From NCBI GenBank assembly GCA_965213705.1, contig OZ243913.1:160001-224000 (forward strand): a stretch of DNA of 64,000 nucleotides, written 5' to 3'. This DNA is from Trueperaceae bacterium (lineage in GTDB: Bacteria > Deinococcota > Deinococci > Deinococcales > Trueperaceae). The translations under genes and the position numbers were made by a program. Positions 61,743 through 64,000 of this stretch are shown here, in pieces (within the stretch, counting starts at the first letter, position 1; each line of letters opens with the position of its first letter). The notes below the pieces were generated by a model. The model made no database searches and had not been told where the DNA came from. It saw nothing but the letters and a program-made list of their open reading frames with translations.

Positions 61743-63989
61743 CTAGCCTGCACCTTCTTTGGCCTGCTCGAGCAGCGCGGTGAACGCCGCCGCGGTCAGC
61801 GGACGGCTGAACAGGTAGCCCTGAGCCTGCACGCAGCCGTGCTCTTGCAAAAAGCGCGCCTGCTCGCGCGTCTCGACGCCTTCGGCGACGACCTTGAGCC
61901 GCATGTTGTAGGCGAGCGCCAGAATCGCCCGGACGATGCCGACGTCGCGCTCGTCGTTCGGCAGCCCGTGCAAAAAGGAGCGGTCTATTTTGAGGGTGCT
62001 GATGGGCAGGGTTTTTAAGTAAGCGAGCGAGGAGTAACCCGTACCGAAGTCGTCGACGGAAATGCTGACGCCGCGCTCCCGGAGCGCGACGAGTTGGGCC
62101 AGGGTCTCAGCGAGACCCTTCATCAGCACGCTTTCGGTCAGCTCCAAGACGGCGTGACCGGGCTGCAACCCGCTCGCGGCCAAGATTTCTTCGACGCTGT
62201 CCACCAGGCCGGGGTGCTGGAGTTGGCGCGCGGACAGGTTCACAGACATGTAGAGGTGGGACGAGCCTGCTTCGTGCCACGCCCTGACCTGCCGAAACGC
62301 CTCGGCCATCACCCACGCCCCGACGGGCACGATCAAGCCCGTCGTCTCGGCGAGGGGAACAAAGCGGTTGGGCGGCACCAACCCGCGCGTGGGGTGCTGC
62401 CAGCGCAGCAGCGCCTCGGCCCCTATTACCCGGTCGCCCAGGACCCGGCCGCCTCGCGCCGAATTCAAGCCGAGCAACATGATGGGCTGGTAGTGCAGGA
62501 CGAACTCGCCCCGTTCCAGGGCGCGGCGCAGGTCGTTTTCAAGCTGCAAACGCTCACGCGCTTCGCCCAACATCGCCTGGTCGAAGACCGCGTGGCGCGC
62601 GCGCCCCGCCGCCTTGGCGCGGCCCAGCGCGGTGCCGGCGCTGCGCAACAGGTCGGCGGGGCTCTGCTCACCGTCTGTGGCGAGCGCGATGCCGATGCTG
62701 GCCGTCACGCTCGTCTCTTGGTCGGCTACGGATTGCGGCTGCTCGAGGGCGGCGCGCACGCGGTTCGACACGGCGACGGATTCGTTCAAGCCCTCGACAC
62801 GCTCCAACACCATCACGAACTCGTCACCGCCGAGCCGCGCCACGGTGTCGCCGGGCCGCACGCTGTTTTGCAGCGTCGCTGCCACACTCTTGAGGACGGC
62901 GTCGCCGAAGGCGTGGCCGAACGAGTCGTTGAAGTTTTTGAAATGGTCGACGTCGACAAACAGCAGTGCGAAAAGGTGCGTGTCCCGCCGGTTGCGCGAC
63001 AGCGCCTGTTCCAGGCGGTCGAGCAGCAGCGCCCGGTTGGGCAAACCGGTAAGCGGGTCGTGAAAAGCGTGGTGGCGCAGGCGCGCTTCCGAGCGGTTCC
63101 ACTCGGTGACGACGGCGCTGAGCAGCACGCTGACAAAAGTGAGCGTGAGCAAACCGAACTGCAGGGCGAAGCCCTCGGCCTGCCCCAGCTTCGGCAGCGA
63201 AAAAAGGGCGATGAACACGTTGACGGCTAAAACAGCCGCCGCGCTCCAGGCGAAACCGTAGCGCACGGCTATCCACAGCACCGGGATAAAGGTGACGTAG
63301 GTGTGGTCCAGCGTGAGGTCGCCCGGTACAAAATAGGCCAAAAAAGCGGCCGCGGCGAGCAAACCTACCAGAATCAGCCCCTTGAACACCGCCCCGACGG
63401 CGGGCCAGCGCCAGGTGGCCGGCTTTACTGCCAGGTCGTCGGTCCACAAAAAGGGCGCGTAGCGCATCAGCACGAGCAAAAAAGGAGCCAAAGCCGCAAC
63501 GCCGGTCGCGTCTCCGGCGGCGAACTGCAGGGTTCGGACGAGCCAGTCCGACGGGTCTATCAGGCCGAACAGCGTAAAGTTGCCGAGACTCAGTAGAGCG
63601 GTCAAAAGCGGCGCTGCACAGGCGGCGACGACCACAAACCAGACCACGTCCCGCACGCTGTAGAGGCGTGGGTTGACACGCAGCTTTTGCAAAGCAAAGA
63701 CCGCCACACCGAAAACGAGCGTGTAGGTAAAACTGTGGATGACCGAGGACCAAAAGGGCACGTCGGGGCTGTTGACAAGGCCCGCCAGCAGGACGGCGGC
63801 GTAGGTAGCGACGCCGTAGCGCAGCCCGAAAGTCCACAGCATGACGACCGTGAGCGCGCTCGGCAAGTACCACACCGAGGCGACTTTGGGGTCTGAACCG
63901 ATGCTGAAGGCAGCCGCGACGTAGTCCAGCACAAGGTACGCGCCGATGTACAACCCCGAAACGGCCGCCGCCCGTACGAAAGGCGGCAA
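61743..63989 (-). CDS. MASE1-GGDEF-EAL protein (5' end may lie beyond the window)
   Basis: WYLPSAL-type MASE1 TMs, GGDEF, AEALLRW, DDFGTGYSSL; frame open to the window edge. Confidence 0.88.
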   Translation of the reverse strand: MPPFVRAAAVSGLYIGAYLVLDYVAAAFSIGSDPKVASVWYLPSALTVVMLWTFGLRYGVATYAAVLLAGLVNSPDVPFWSSVIHSFTYTLVFGVAVFALQKLRVNPRLYSVRDVVWFVVVAACAAPLLTALLSLGNFTLFGLIDPSDWLVRTLQFAAGDATGVAALAPFLLVLMRYAPFLWTDDLAVKPATWRWPAVGAVFKGLILVGLLAAAAFLAYFVPGDLTLDHTYVTFIPVLWIAVRYGFAWSAAAVLAVNVFIALFSLPKLGQAEGFALQFGLLTLTFVSVLLSAVVTEWNRSEARLRHHAFHDPLTGLPNRALLLDRLEQALSRNRRDTHLFALLFVDVDHFKNFNDSFGHAFGDAVLKSVAATLQNSVRPGDTVARLGGDEFVMVLERVEGLNESVAVSNRVRAALEQPQSVADQETSVTASIGIALATDGEQSPADLLRSAGTALGRAKAAGRARHAVFDQAMLGEARERLQLENDLRRALERGEFVLHYQPIMLLGLNSARGGRVLGDRVIGAEALLRWQHPTRGLVPPNRFVPLAETTGLIVPVGAWVMAEAFRQVRAWHEAGSSHLYMSVNLSARQLQHPGLVDSVEEILAASGLQPGHAVLELTESVLMKGLAETLAQLVALRERGVSISVDDFGTGYSSLAYLKTLPISTLKIDRSFLHGLPNDERDVGIVRAILALAYNMRLKVVAEGVETREQARFLQEHGCVQAQGYLFSRPLTAAAFTALLEQAKEGAG

Positions 63990-64000
63990 CGACTGCCACG

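Overview
High-GC bacterial chromosomal segment. Gene content, frequent leaderless TAnnnT-start gene starts and an SRE-like repeat point to Deinococcota, possibly Trueperaceae-like (inference). Housekeeping genes include mutM, recG, the mrpABCDEFG operon, a CPA1 antiporter, a Crp-family regulator, pheA, carB, M3A and M3B peptidases, an RluA-family synthase and a HAD hydrolase. Also present are HicAB and VapBC toxin-antitoxin pairs, a stress/LEA cluster, five c-di-GMP turnover genes, and an ABC-F gene followed by six tandem GNAT genes, one broken by an in-frame TAG. The most striking unannotated signal is a 16-bp direct-repeat box, GT(A/G/C)AG-N6(AT-rich)-GT(G/A)A(C/G). It sits exactly 11 nt upstream of a TAnnCT -10 box in six promoters: all four c-di-GMP enzyme genes whose upstream DNA is visible, a 44-aa secreted CxxC peptide gene and one hypothetical gene. 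This suggests an undescribed activator regulon linking c-di-GMP turnover with a small exported peptide. Other observations are short uORFs ahead of the GNAT array, a candidate Na+ riboswitch before mrpA, several repeat families, and apparent CTCGAG enrichment with GATC depletion. All calls are by eye; no database searches were run.
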